Source: Mycobacterium leprae TN
Lineage (GTDB): Bacteria > Actinomycetota > Actinomycetes > Mycobacteriales > Mycobacteriaceae
Direction: 5' to 3'
DNA length: 32,000 nucleotides
Assembly (NCBI RefSeq): GCF_000195855.1
Contig: NC_002677.1
Coordinates: forward strand, 840,001 to 872,000
The notes under the pieces were generated by a model, which was not told the origin of the DNA, searched no databases, and was given only the letters and a program-made list of their open reading frames with translations. Shown one piece after another: positions 1 through 10,435 of this stretch. Each line of letters starts with the position of its first letter. Position 1 is the first letter of the stretch. The position numbers were made by a program, and so were the translations under genes.

Positions 1-881
1 TGTGGCACTTTAGGACTTACCTCCTGCCAGCCGGGCGATCGGAGCTATCTGCTCGGTTGATATTGGGCTAGCTACCAGTTGCTGGCCCAGCGTGCTGATG
101 CCGCCCTGCGTTCCGAACGCAAGAGTTGAGATGGTCACCCCCTGATCTTTGGCTTGGCGTGCCGCAGTCTATCCACTGTAGTGGAGATCCTTGGGATCTG
201 ATGGCTTGTTTTCCCGCCATCGACAGGAGTATGGTCCAGGAAGGCTGCGCGGAGGATATCTCCACCGGTTACGCTCGAGGCTTTGATTGCATGCAGTGTG
301 GTCAAGATTGCCTCACCGGTCTCAGTGCCGTGGTCAAACTGTGAAGTTCTGCAACCTGTCAATGGTTGCATAGTGCCGCGGGGTCGGGGTATAACCAGGT
401 GGGGCGTTCCCATGAAGCCAACCAGGCCCGAGATGATGCCTGGTGTCAGGCCTACTAGCGAACTGTGTGGTCGCTTTAAGCCGTTTGAGGTTGACGTCGG
501 TTAGCCTGTATCGACTATGACATGTCGATGGTCACTATGACGACGGCGCGGCTGCGTGGCATATGCATGTCGTGGGTGGGTGTAGCCAGCGCCACCGGTA
601 AGCAGGGTCGGGCATAGCAACTATACCATGATGGGAAGGTGCCGGCACGGCGACCTATGGTACCGATGCTTCGGTGAACCGGCTTAGGCGTCGTCCGCGT
701 CGTTACTGTACGACGACATCGGCGAGTAGGGTCAGCGGCACTAAGCCGAACAGGAACGTGCCCGGTCGTTGGAACTCAAACAGCGGTAGCGGTCTGATGT
801 TAGGAAGTGACATTAGGTTAACTTTCTCGTCTGCCGGCGGGTAACCGCCGACAGACTCGCTGCGTCAGCAGAACGCAACCT

Positions 882-2153
882 TTATTCGAGTCGTAGCCGC
901 GATTCCACGAACTGTTCCAACTTCTCCCATTCCCGTACCGCCGCAGAATACGGGGCGACCGGCTTGTCAACCGCGCTGGGACTCAACACATGGGCCACCA
1001 GCTTGCCCAGCGGACGATTCGTTTCCAGCGCCGTGTCTACGGCGCTTTCCTCGGAGTACTGGCCGATATCGCGGAGCAGCTCGACAGCCAGGTCCAGCTG
1101 GTCACGGTCCACGGCGTCCGGCCCATCAGCCAGATCGTCGCTTAACCCGCTGAGAACGTAGATGTTGTCGTCGGTGATGTCGATTGCCAGCGAGCCGTCC
1201 GTGGCGGCGGTACGGATGTCGTCGTAGGTGCTCAGATAGGACAAGTCATGGTCGTGCTCGTCTGCTAGGTAGCGGGCCAGCGCCCGCTCCGAGCTGAATA
1301 CGCTGATCCGACCGTTGCGGCCCAGGAAAATTGGATGATCGTCCAGGTAGCAGCGCAGTGTGTAGAAAGTGCCGGCCCCCGTCATGATCCGGACCGGGTC
1401 GATACCCACCTGTAGCCAAAAGTCTTTGTCGCTGCCCAGCACGACGGTGTCGCCGGCCGTACGGCTTTCGTCTTCGGTGTCGTCAGAGTTGTTTGCCTGA
1501 GCGGTCGCGCTATCGGCACCATCCTCGTCATCCGGCTCTACCTCCGGCTCTACGGGCTCCTCGGCTAGTTCGTCGGCGGCTTTGGCCGACATCGCAGCGT
1601 TGACCCTTGGGGTGCTGATGACCTTGTCAATCGCGCTCAGCACGTCATCCCAGCTTCGCCCGATGATTTCGGCGATCGAATTCCAGCGTCTCTGGCCGGC
1701 TCTACCGGTGAAATGCTCGATTCCGCCTGACACCGCGCCTAGGCTAGGATTGCCATTGAAGAATTTCGACACTGCGGGTAACTCACACACCGAACCGATG
1801 GACGCCACGATCGCCAGCGTTGCTGCCAGCGTGGTCACCGACTCGGCGGTCGGCTTCTCGGCGACCAACTCCTCGACAACGACCAGATCGAACTGATTGT
1901 CCTCGCTAGGATCGAGCTTGTGTGCGTGAACGGAAGTCAGGTCTTTCCACGCGGGGTGGTCGACCAGATCGTTGTCGGAGTCGGTGCGCACAAATGCGAC
2001 TAGGTCAGCGACTGTCTCACAGGCATACAGGTTGTCGTCCTTGCCGAGAAACGCCTCCCATTCATCGCCGCCGTCGCGCCAACGGGGTGCCCATACGGTG
2101 TAGCGATCACCAGCGGGCAGGCTCAGGCAGATGGGCACGAGGTCTGCAACCAT
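882..2153 (-). CDS. Conserved mycobacterial hypothetical protein, Rv3311-like, 423 aa, acidic middle region
   Basis: Long intact ORF (MVADLVPICLSLPAGDRYTVWAPRWRDGGDEWEAFLG...) that matches remembered Rv3311 sequence; correct position next to the sapM/upp/pmmB block. Confidence 0.9.
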   Translation of the reverse strand: MVADLVPICLSLPAGDRYTVWAPRWRDGGDEWEAFLGKDDNLYACETVADLVAFVRTDSDNDLVDHPAWKDLTSVHAHKLDPSEDNQFDLVVVEELVAEKPTAESVTTLAATLAIVASIGSVCELPAVSKFFNGNPSLGAVSGGIEHFTGRAGQRRWNSIAEIIGRSWDDVLSAIDKVISTPRVNAAMSAKAADELAEEPVEPEVEPDDEDGADSATAQANNSDDTEDESRTAGDTVVLGSDKDFWLQVGIDPVRIMTGAGTFYTLRCYLDDHPIFLGRNGRISVFSSERALARYLADEHDHDLSYLSTYDDIRTAATDGSLAIDITDDNIYVLSGLSDDLADGPDAVDRDQLDLAVELLRDIGQYSEESAVDTALETNRPLGKLVAHVLSPSAVDKPVAPYSAAVREWEKLEQFVESRLRLE

Positions 2154-2224
2154 GCGGCACAGGATAGCGGCAGCTCGAGACGGTGCCGGATCTAGTCCAC
2201 GGGTAGCTCAGCCCGCCGGTGATT

Positions 2225-3090
2225 ACCCGGCCCAGATGTTGGTGATTGCCGCAGCACTGGTGGCGTGACCCGTTTTGGGTAGCCTGTACATCTGCTCTAG
2301 GATGAAAAGCAATATTGTAGTGGCTGATCTGTTCGTTGTATGTCCCCGGCTGCACATGTGCGCCATAGCACAGGACACAATGGGGATTTGATTGTGACTT
2401 GGTGTTGTCGTCCTCGTCCCAAGGCCATAGTGAACAGGCTATTGTTGGTCACCACCCAGTTGGCGTGCCCGGAAAGGGTGGCCAGTTGAGCCAGGCATCG
2501 GCCACCACTATCGAGCTGCTATGCATGTTGTTGCCGTCGTTGGGAATGACGAACGACACAGTCGGCAGGGCTGGCCTAGTTGTCTATTGGAGAGGCAGAG
2601 AATGGCACTGAATTCGTTGTCGGTACATTGCTGAAGTTGACTCAGGTGCATGCTTGCGTTGGTACTTGCCTGCAGCACAGACCGGGGAACTGGCCGCGGG
2701 CAAGTTTTTGGCGACCCCCATGAATTGTGTAGCAGGCGGTGAGTAATGCAGAACCCAGGTTGGGAAAGGCATCGCCATTGAGCGTGCATCGGTTTTCCGC
2801 ACCCCGAACGTGTCGTCGTCGAACAGCGCCGAATAGTTCGGTTCGTTCGGGTGTGTCTCCGCGAATGCTTGGGCCATCATTGCGCTGTTAGCGGCCAGCG
2901 AGTCGAGGAAGGGAATCGATTAGTTCCTGATGACGTTGTCCTGCGAGTGGTTTTCTTCCACTACGCCTACCAACATGTGTGGGGCCGGAAGTGTTGCTGC
3001 GGCAAGGCCGACACGAGGGACCAATGAGCAGCCCATCCGCCCGCATACCAGCATGGCTCCGAACATCCGGAAGGCTCGAATGCCCAGCTC
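2225..3090 (-). pseudogene. sapM: Secreted acid phosphatase SapM, degenerate
   Basis: Fragments in different minus-strand frames: MMAQAFAETHPNEPNYSALF...CAAGKYQRKHAPE (ORF 2584-2880) and PGTYNEQISHYN (ORF 2107-2355), both SapM-like, with stops and frameshifts between. The 5' boundary is approximate. Confidence 0.85.
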
Positions 3091-3212
3091 ATTAGCCTTC
3101 GCGGGGATTCACTCGGGGAATATATGGTCAGGGTTGACCTGCTTAGGGCGAACAACTAAGTGTGTCAGCTGGGCTAATTCCGATTGTTATACGGGTCCAA
3201 CCCTGTGGACGT

Positions 3213-3832
3213 CCGTGTCATCGACCACCCGCTGGCCACCGCCCGGCTGGCGGTGCTGCGGGACGAATGCACCGGCTTGCTGTGTTCCCGGCGGCTTTGC
3301 GTGGATTGACGTTGATGCTGGTTTACAGGGCTACCCAGGACACGCCTTGTGAAACATTTTCGATCCTAACGCCGTTGACTGAGATGTTAAGCGTCCGGTT
3401 GGCCAGACCGCCGCTACTGGTTCCGGTGCTGCGCACCGGTCTGGGCATGGTCGATGAGGGTCATGTTGCGTTACCCGAAGTCCAGGTTGGGTTCGTCGGT
3501 TGCCAGTGATGAGGTGACTCATCAGCTGGTCCTGTATCTGGAATCGCTGCTTGACGACCTAATTGTCCAGCCGGTAATGGTTCTTGACCCAATGCTGGCC
3601 ATTGGCGAGTCGATGCCACACACCACCGGTCTGTTGCTGCGCCGCCAGGCAACAGAGATCATTGTGTTCTTTGTGGTGGACCCACCGGCGGGCCTTACGG
3701 AAGTAGAGAAAACGTTCCCAAAGCACAATTATTCTCAGTGCCGCCGTTGACAAGGGACTCAACGAAGCAATCACTATATTGTGATTGTGCCGGGTTTCGG
3801 TGACGCCAGCGACTGCCAATTTGGGCCCCGCT
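3213..3832 (+). pseudogene. upp: Uracil phosphoribosyltransferase, degenerate
   Basis: Plus-strand fragments [68 protein letters not shown] and a terminal IVIVPGFGDASDCQFGPR*, spread over several frames. Confidence 0.9.
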
Positions 3833-3846
3833 GACTCACCTGAGAA

Positions 3847-5451
3847 TCACCACTGCTGCACCAAGGTGACTAGCTCGTCGCGCAGCACCCTGGCCCGTTG
3901 TCGGGTGGATGGTAGGTTGCCAGCCACCGAGCAGCGAACTTCCAAGTAGCACTTTAACTTCGGTTCGGTTCCTGATAGCCGCACCACTACCCGGACCCAC
4001 GTGTCATCATCACCGCCGGTGAAGATTAGCGCGTCGGTGATATCGGTAGTGGTCGCGGTGAACCCGGCCAGCTGACTCGGCGGGGCTGCGCGTAGCCGCT
4101 GAATCAGGTCGACAGCCTCGTCAACTCCCGTTTGTTTGGGGCCAATGCGACGTGATATTGCTGTAACGTCGTGCACGCCGTGGCGTAGGGCGAGTTGGTC
4201 AAGCATGTCGGGCACCGAGCGGCCCTGCTTGTGCAGTGCGGCAACCAGATCGCACACTAACACCGCGGCGCTGATGCCGTCTTTGTCGCGTACGGCAGTG
4301 GGGTCGACACAATGCCCGATAGCTTCCTCATAGGCGTACACAAGAGTGCCCGGCAGGTTTGCGTCGGCGCGCGCCAGCCACTTGAAGCCGGTGAGGGTCT
4401 CGACGTGGACCGCGTTGTAGTGTGTGGCGATTGCTGGCAACATACGCGACGACACCACGGTACTGGCTACCACGGCGGTTTCCGGCTTGTCGGTTTGCGA
4501 CAAAATGTAATCGCCTAGCAGCCAACCGGTTTCGTCTCCGGACAGCATCCGCCATCCCGAGTTGGTGGGTATACCAACGGCGCAGCGGTCGGCGTCGGGG
4601 TCCAGTGCTATCGCGACGTCGGCCCCGACATGGGCGGCCAGGGCCAGCAATGCGTCGGTGGCGCCGGGCTCCTCCGGGTTTGGGAACGCGACGGTTGGAA
4701 AGTCGGGGTCGGGCTCGAACTGCGCCGCTACGGTGTGCACGTCGTCAAAGCCGGTGCGCCGCAGCGTCTCGACGGCTACCGCACCGCCCACTCCGTGCAT
4801 CGGTGTAAGGGCAACCCGAACTGAACCGTTGGAGCGCCGTACCGCGGCCGCTCGCTGAATATAATGGTCAACCAGATCGGAGGCGCTGTTTTCACTGGGG
4901 TTTACGGGTTTCCTGGTGATCTGGTCGGCCAGGGGAGCAGCGGCCATCGCGTTTTCGATTTGGTGGTCAATGGGAGAGATGATCTGGATGCCGCCGTCGA
5001 AATACACCTTGTACCCGTTATCGGTCGGCGGGTTGTGCGATGCTGTGATCTGGATCCCGGCCGCGGCGCCGGTATTGCGCACCGCAAACGCCACCACCGG
5101 CGTGGGTGCCGGATTGGGTAGCAGCAGAACGGAAAAACCTTCAGCGGCAAGCACCTCAGCGGTCGCAGCGACGAATGCCGCCGAGCCGTGCCGAGAGTCG
5201 CGCCCGACGATTACGGTTGCAGGCCGCGAGCCCGCTCGTTGCAGGAGCACCTGTGCCACGGCCCAGGTCGCTCGCAACACCACCGCTAGGTTCATGGCGT
5301 CGGGGCCGCCGCGCACTGGTCCGCGCAAGCCCGACGTGCCGAAGCGCAGTGCACGGGTGAACCGCGCCGCAAGTTCATCGGGGTCGCACGCGGCCAGCTC
5401 GGCGGCTGTCTGTGGGTCGGGATCGTGCGTGATCCACTCTTCGGGTGTCAC
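3847..5451 (-). CDS. pmmB: Phosphomannomutase/phosphoglucomutase family protein, about 534 aa
   Basis: Intact ORF with TASHNP catalytic serine motif (GIQITASHNPPTDNGYK), DPDADRCA metal-binding loop and GTEPKLK phosphate loop. The ORF opens at 5463 (TTG), but GTG at 5451 (VTPEEWITHDPDPQ) gives the expected length. Confidence 0.95.
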   Translation of the reverse strand: MTPEEWITHDPDPQTAAELAACDPDELAARFTRALRFGTSGLRGPVRGGPDAMNLAVVLRATWAVAQVLLQRAGSRPATVIVGRDSRHGSAAFVAATAEVLAAEGFSVLLLPNPAPTPVVAFAVRNTGAAAGIQITASHNPPTDNGYKVYFDGGIQIISPIDHQIENAMAAAPLADQITRKPVNPSENSASDLVDHYIQRAAAVRRSNGSVRVALTPMHGVGGAVAVETLRRTGFDDVHTVAAQFEPDPDFPTVAFPNPEEPGATDALLALAAHVGADVAIALDPDADRCAVGIPTNSGWRMLSGDETGWLLGDYILSQTDKPETAVVASTVVSSRMLPAIATHYNAVHVETLTGFKWLARADANLPGTLVYAYEEAIGHCVDPTAVRDKDGISAAVLVCDLVAALHKQGRSVPDMLDQLALRHGVHDVTAISRRIGPKQTGVDEAVDLIQRLRAAPPSQLAGFTATTTDITDALIFTGGDDDTWVRVVVRLSGTEPKLKCYLEVRCSVAGNLPSTRQRARVLRDELVTLVQQW

Positions 5452-5459
5452 GGCAGCCT

Positions 5460-6266
5460 TCAAAACCGGGCTATGATGTCGGCCAGCAGGGACCCGATCC
5501 GGTTCGCTGACGCAGTCCCCGCGGCAAGCACCTCAGCATGGTTAAGTGGCTTGCCGGTGATCCCGGCCGCCAGGTTTGTCACCAGTGACACGCCCAACAC
5601 CTCAGCGCCCGCAGCCCGTGCTGCGATGGTCTCGTGCACCGTTGACATGCCCACTAGGTCAGCACCCAGCATCCGCAGCATCCGGATTTCCGCGGGAGTC
5701 TCATAGTGTGGGCCGGGCTGGGCCGCGTACACGCCTTCGGTCAGTGTCGGGTCGGTGTCGCTGGCGAGTTTTCGGAGCCGCGTTGTGTACGCGTTGGTTA
5801 AGTCGACGAAGTGCGTGCCGACTAGCGGCGAACGTGTCGTCAGGTTCAGGTGGTCACTAATCAGCACCAGTTGGCCGACCGCCATGTCTGCACGCAGTCC
5901 GCCGGCCGCATTAGTGAGAACGATGATGCGTGCACCGGCCGCGCACGCCGTGCGTACTGGATGGACGACGTGCCTAAGGTCATGCCCCTCGTAGGGATGG
6001 ATGCGACCGGCCAGCACCAACACCCGATGCGCGCCAATACGCACCGACAACAACTCGCCGGTATGCCCGGCTGCGTTGGGCGTTATGAACCCGGGCAGCT
6101 CGGCCTGGGGGAACACGGCTCTCGATGAGCCGAGCGCTGCAACCGCCGAGGACCATCCCGATCCGAGGACGACTGCGACGTCGTGCTTAAGGATACCGGT
6201 GCGCTCACCAATAACCTGGGCGGCCCGCCGAGCGAGTTCGTCGGGATCGAGCAGGGTGTAAGTCAC
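5460..6266 (-). CDS. deoD: Purine nucleoside phosphorylase, about 268 aa
   Basis: [24 protein letters not shown] and LTNAAGG signatures of PNP. The ORF track opens at 6398, but GTG at 6266 ([24 protein letters not shown]) is the likely start. Confidence 0.93.
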   Translation of the reverse strand: MTYTLLDPDELARRAAQVIGERTGILKHDVAVVLGSGWSSAVAALGSSRAVFPQAELPGFITPNAAGHTGELLSVRIGAHRVLVLAGRIHPYEGHDLRHVVHPVRTACAAGARIIVLTNAAGGLRADMAVGQLVLISDHLNLTTRSPLVGTHFVDLTNAYTTRLRKLASDTDPTLTEGVYAAQPGPHYETPAEIRMLRMLGADLVGMSTVHETIAARAAGAEVLGVSLVTNLAAGITGKPLNHAEVLAAGTASANRIGSLLADIIARF

Positions 6267-6412
6267 AGTCGGCGAGCTTAGCCCAGCGACGATGAGTGCC
6301 GGAACGGCGTGAGTGACGAGTGAGCCATCATTGTGGTCAGAGCAGCTGCAGGTCGGTGCGATACTGCATGGGTGCCCACAGTAACAGCGTTTGACCAACG
6401 TCGAGTATGGAG

Positions 6413-7575
6413 TGTGGCGTCGTGGTGCCGATCTTGTGGATTTGTCGTACGCAATTCATGCTCAGCTGGAGCTGACGTTCGCCTAACGCCGTAGCTGTGC
6501 CAAGACGCAGGCGCTGGTAGCCGAACGTGGTTTCGTGATCACCGTGCCCACCTGTGGTCTGGACACGGCGTTTCGCGCGACTGTAGGCAGTGGTCTCCTG
6601 CCCGTCGGGGTGTGCGCCGAGTATGATGGGTTGTCCGGGATCGGACAGGACATGCTTGCGGCCGCAATATCCATCATCCATGATCGCGGCGTCGGTGTTA
6701 GGTACCGCGATAGCGCTTGTTAAGCTTGTTAAGGTAGCCGGCGGCCTGGGTCTCACCGTGGCTTTAAAGTGGGGACTTCCACCGAGGAAGTTGGCAGTGG
6801 TTAAAGTGCTCATGTTGCAGGCCAGGAGGTGCGACGATGTCGCGGTGGCGGTGATGGTGCATCCGGGGCCGACCGACCGACATCGCCACGGCCCGTTCCT
6901 GGAGTTGTCTGAGCTCACGATCGAATACCTGGGCAAGGAATCGCATGCCGTCGTCGCGCCGCCCTTGGCGGGTTATCATAGCTGATGCGGTCGTCGTAGC
7001 GCCAGGTGGTCATTGTGGTGCTGCGGCAGCAGTTGGCGCCAGGGCAACTGGTGTGCCCGGCATGGTCACTAACGGCGGGGCAGGCGATCAATGTAATCCC
7101 GCGGACACGCGGCGTAATCCCGCGGACACGCGGCGGTTGTAGTATGCGATGCGGGCGGTCAACTCGGATTCGCTGTGTGAGCTGGAGAGTAGAACGGTTA
7201 CGTGCTTTGCTGTGGGCGTGTTAGCAGGTGGATGTGAATACGAAATCGACCACACTGTAATGGCGGCATATGCGAAGTTGAAACCAGACTAATGGTTACC
7301 TGACGTGTACTGCGAGGAGGTGCGCTAACTCGGACGCGAGTCGGTGGCGCCTGACGTCAAGACGCGGCCTCCGCTGGGCAGCACTGCTATGGGGAAACGT
7401 GACACAGGTGCTGCCGGGGATGCACCGGTGATCGGTGTGAACGCCGCCGGAGCCACGGTTCATCAGCGCGCCTTTGCCGCAGTCCCGCCAGTCCCAGCGG
7501 CGACCACGCAGTCCTCGACGGTGCGGTCATGCTGGCGCACACGACTGTTTGCCTCGTCCGAAACTCTTGATGAGC
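6413..7575 (+). pseudogene. amiB1: M20-family amidohydrolase AmiB1, degenerate
   Basis: Multi-frame fragments: VCAEYDGLSGIG, VMVHPGPTDRHRHGPFLELSELTIEYLGKESHAVVAPPL, VIVVLRQQLAPGQLV, QAINVIP, PVIGVNAAGATVHQRAFAA. The order is collinear with an amidohydrolase. Ends are approximate. Confidence 0.85.
7093..7134. repeat. 21-bp perfect tandem duplication (2 copies of gtaatcccgcggacacgcggc)
   Basis: Direct reading: copies at 7093-7113 and 7114-7134. Confidence 0.97.
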
Positions 7576-8780
7576 GTGACTGGGTGCTGGCGGCGCAGCA
7601 GCGCAGAAGTTTGAGCCCCGTCGACACAGCCGACTCTTGGCCAAGCTCCCCACTACGACGACCTGGTCGCGTGGCGCCGCCACATCCACCGCTATCCGGA
7701 GTTGGGTCGCTAGGAGTTTGCCACCACACAGTTTGTCGCCGAGCTGCTGGCCGATGCAGGGTCGAACCCCAAAGTGCTGCCTGGGTGGGACCGGCTTGAC
7801 TTGCGATTTGTGTCCTGAACCTGAGCCCAGGATCGCGCTGTGTGCCGACATGAACGCGCTTCCTTTAGCGGAACGTACCCGCGCCCCGTATGCCTTGACG
7901 ATGCCTAATGTCGTGCACGCCTGTGGCTGTGATGCGCACACCGCCAGCCTGCTCGGTACTGCAGTGGTTTTGGTGTCGGTGCAGGAAATAGCGCGGTCGG
8001 CGTGCGATTGATCTTCCAGTTTGCCGAAGAGCTGATGCCCGGCGGTTCTGATCGATGCCATCGTCACTGGGAGTGCGAATTTTCGCTTTGCACTGCGAGC
8101 CCCGACTCTAAGTGGGCAAGGTCGCGGTCCGACACGGTTCCATTACCTCGGCCGCCGACTCGATAGAGATCACACTGTATTCGCCTGGCGGAAAACGTCC
8201 CGCTCGCACCTCACTGCCGACTTGGTCTACGGGCTTGGCGCACTCATTACTGGGTTGCCTGGAGTGCTGTCGTTCCGCGTCGATCCGCGCAATAGCACCG
8301 TATTGGTGTAAGCCGTGGTCAACGCGGGCGTGGTCGCCAACGCCATACCCCAAACCGGCGTCTTAACTGGTACATGGCACACCAGCAGCCGGCAAACCTA
8401 GGTTGAATCTTGAGGGGATCAGCCGCCAGTCTGCTTCCGCGTTACTGTCGCCATTGGCGATCGAATACGTCCTACAGTATCAGTGCGGTGCACTCCTTGT
8501 CGTGGACGAATATATCTCGATACCCATCCTGACCCACAATATGCTTGAAGCTGTTGGCCCTGATGCGCTGGTCGATACCCGCCAGTCCGAAGGCCGGGAG
8601 GATTCTGGAGGAAATTCCTGGTGCGGTGGCCCGACTGGGTGTGTGGCCGGATGGGGGCTGCAGTTGGATCTGCATCAGCCGACGTTTGACCTCGACGAGC
8701 TGGCATTGGCTATTGGACTGCGGGTGATGGTCAACATTTTGAGCAGGCTGTGTCCTTCTAGCCACGAGAGCGCGTGTCTG
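7576..8780 (+). pseudogene. amiA1: M20-family amidohydrolase AmiA1, degenerate
   Basis: Fragments HYDDLVAWRRHIHRYPELG (other frame), FGVRPCIG-region ORF 7637-8011 GRTPKCCLGGTGLTCDLCPEPEPRIALCADMNALPLAERTRAPYALTMPNVVHACGCDAHTASLLG, and LQLDLHQPTFDLDELALAIGLRVMVNI, in changing frames. Ends are approximate. Confidence 0.85.
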
Positions 8781-9827
8781 CAAAAAGACAAACCGCATCT
8801 TTGGCATTCTACGGACGTTCGCGAGGTCAATTGTGGCATCGGCGACTCCCCCGACGATTGTCAGCATATACGCAGAGTTCAGCTGACTACTTGACGTCCA
8901 AGATGGAGTCGTTAGGTTCAGCCCAGGAATTGACATTTCTCCACCGGCAGCGGCTTGGAGGTACAACTCAATTGTGTTGCACTGCTGAAGGTTTTGCGTG
9001 GTGTCTATAGTCGTGGCGAAATGACTACGGCATTATGGCTGTGCGGGTTGGACGTGGCGGCCGGCACGACAGTGGCGGTGTGCCTGGGCACTGCCGCCGC
9101 TGCCTACGGCTTAAACACCGCTGGAACCCCCGATCTGCATGTGCTCAATCACTGCGGCCACTGCTTGCTTGCGTTCGGCCGACTGTCTGATTGTGCATCG
9201 CCGCGAAGGCGCGCCGTTGATGTTGTTCGCGGGACGACCGGCCACGACGCTTTCCTGGACAGCTATCGAGGTTGCTCGCACACTGCGCTGGCGACGCTCG
9301 ACGCCGCGCTGCGCAGTGACACGTGCACCCGCGTCGACCTACATAGAGCTTATAGAGCTGTCGACCGATAGTCTGGTCGGCGGGGTATCATCACCGTACG
9401 CTAGCTGCTGGGTTTGGCTTTGTCGCAGGCTGAGTCATCGATGGAGAACGAGGCACGGCTGGTTACGCTCGATGGCGGGTTGCCCCGGCCAGTCCTGCAA
9501 TACGAGATCGAGGACTTGATTTGGTGACTTGACTTCGCCTGGTCCTAACTACCGCCGTCGCCGCCGAGTACGGCGGCCTCGACTGGTGGTACAGCGGGCG
9601 GGAGCATTGCTCCAGGATCGACGCGTACTGGCCGCTAAAGGGCCTGTGCTGGTGGGATGGTGCCCACTTAGTGGTCGAGTACGTCATATCTAGGCTCTAG
9701 GCTGGGCGAACTTGTCCGCTAGCTCGAGACGATGTAGACGATGTTACGGTTACGTCGGGCGGCATCCGTCCGCTAAATGCCGGCTACGACGGCGTGTCGG
9801 CGAACAGACACGGGCCTCGCGAAATTC

Positions 9828-10307
9828 CTAGGCTGTAGTCCCTGGGCCTATGTTGCGGGCCGGGCGCGTGCGCAGATTGTGGACATAATCGTTTGGAGCC
9901 CCGGCGATTTCGGCGGCATCGGCCATGACGCCCAGGTACCGTGCCGACGGTAGCCCGCCCTCCCAGGAATCTAGCACGTATAGCCATGCAAGCACCGGGT
10001 CGATCGTGGTGTCGGAGGATTCGCGCTCCACTCGGCATCGAATCTTCTTATGGACGCCGAATTCGGAGCCTTCCCACCGGTCAAGGTTCATCTCGTCCGC
10101 CGGCGTCATGTCGTAGAGGACGACGAAAACCCGCGAATCTGGGTCCTCGACGACCGTGGCCAGCGCGCCTTCCCAACCGATATCCTCACCACCGAAGGTC
10201 AGGCGCCATCCGGGCAGCCAGCCTGTCCCGGCCATTGGTGAGTGCGGTGCACGCTTGAGCATCTGCTCGGGATGCATGTTAGGTCCGTAAGCGGCATAAA
10301 GCGGCAC
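9828..10307 (-). CDS. Gamma-glutamylcyclotransferase-fold protein, Rv3304-like, 159 aa
   Basis: Intact ORF MPLYAAYGPNMHPEQMLKRAPHSPMAGTGWLPGWRLTFGGEDIGWEGALATVVEDP..., very close to remembered Rv3304. Confidence 0.92.
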   Translation of the reverse strand: MPLYAAYGPNMHPEQMLKRAPHSPMAGTGWLPGWRLTFGGEDIGWEGALATVVEDPDSRVFVVLYDMTPADEMNLDRWEGSEFGVHKKIRCRVERESSDTTIDPVLAWLYVLDSWEGGLPSARYLGVMADAAEIAGAPNDYVHNLRTRPARNIGPGTTA

Positions 10308-10435
10308 GGGGAAAGCTTAATCGGCACGCGCCCGCTTGGCGTTCAACCAATGGTTTGGCCGGGCCGCGGGGGCTCGGCTCCGGTTCATTCCGCGCTGCAT
10401 GCGGAGTGCATCGTCGCTAAGTTAGGTTACAGGTT

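Noticed and set aside
1-880. Several short ORFs (68-265, 126-344, 135-413, 283-504)
   Set aside because: None shows a recognisable domain or continuous homology I can name. Probably eroded or intergenic DNA, left unassigned.
4136-5476. Plus-strand ORFs up to 186 aa (for example 4916-5476, 4422-4808)
   Set aside because: They are antisense to the well-supported pmmB gene and have low-complexity Arg/Ser/Ala composition typical of antisense frames in GC-rich genes.
6337-6936. 199-aa minus-strand ORF
   Set aside because: Antisense to recognisable AmiB1 fragments (CAEYDGLSGIG, MVHPGPTDR). Peptide looks random.
7387-8067. 226-aa minus-strand ORF
   Set aside because: Antisense to amiB1/amiA1 pseudogene fragments with clear homology on the plus strand; no recognisable domain.
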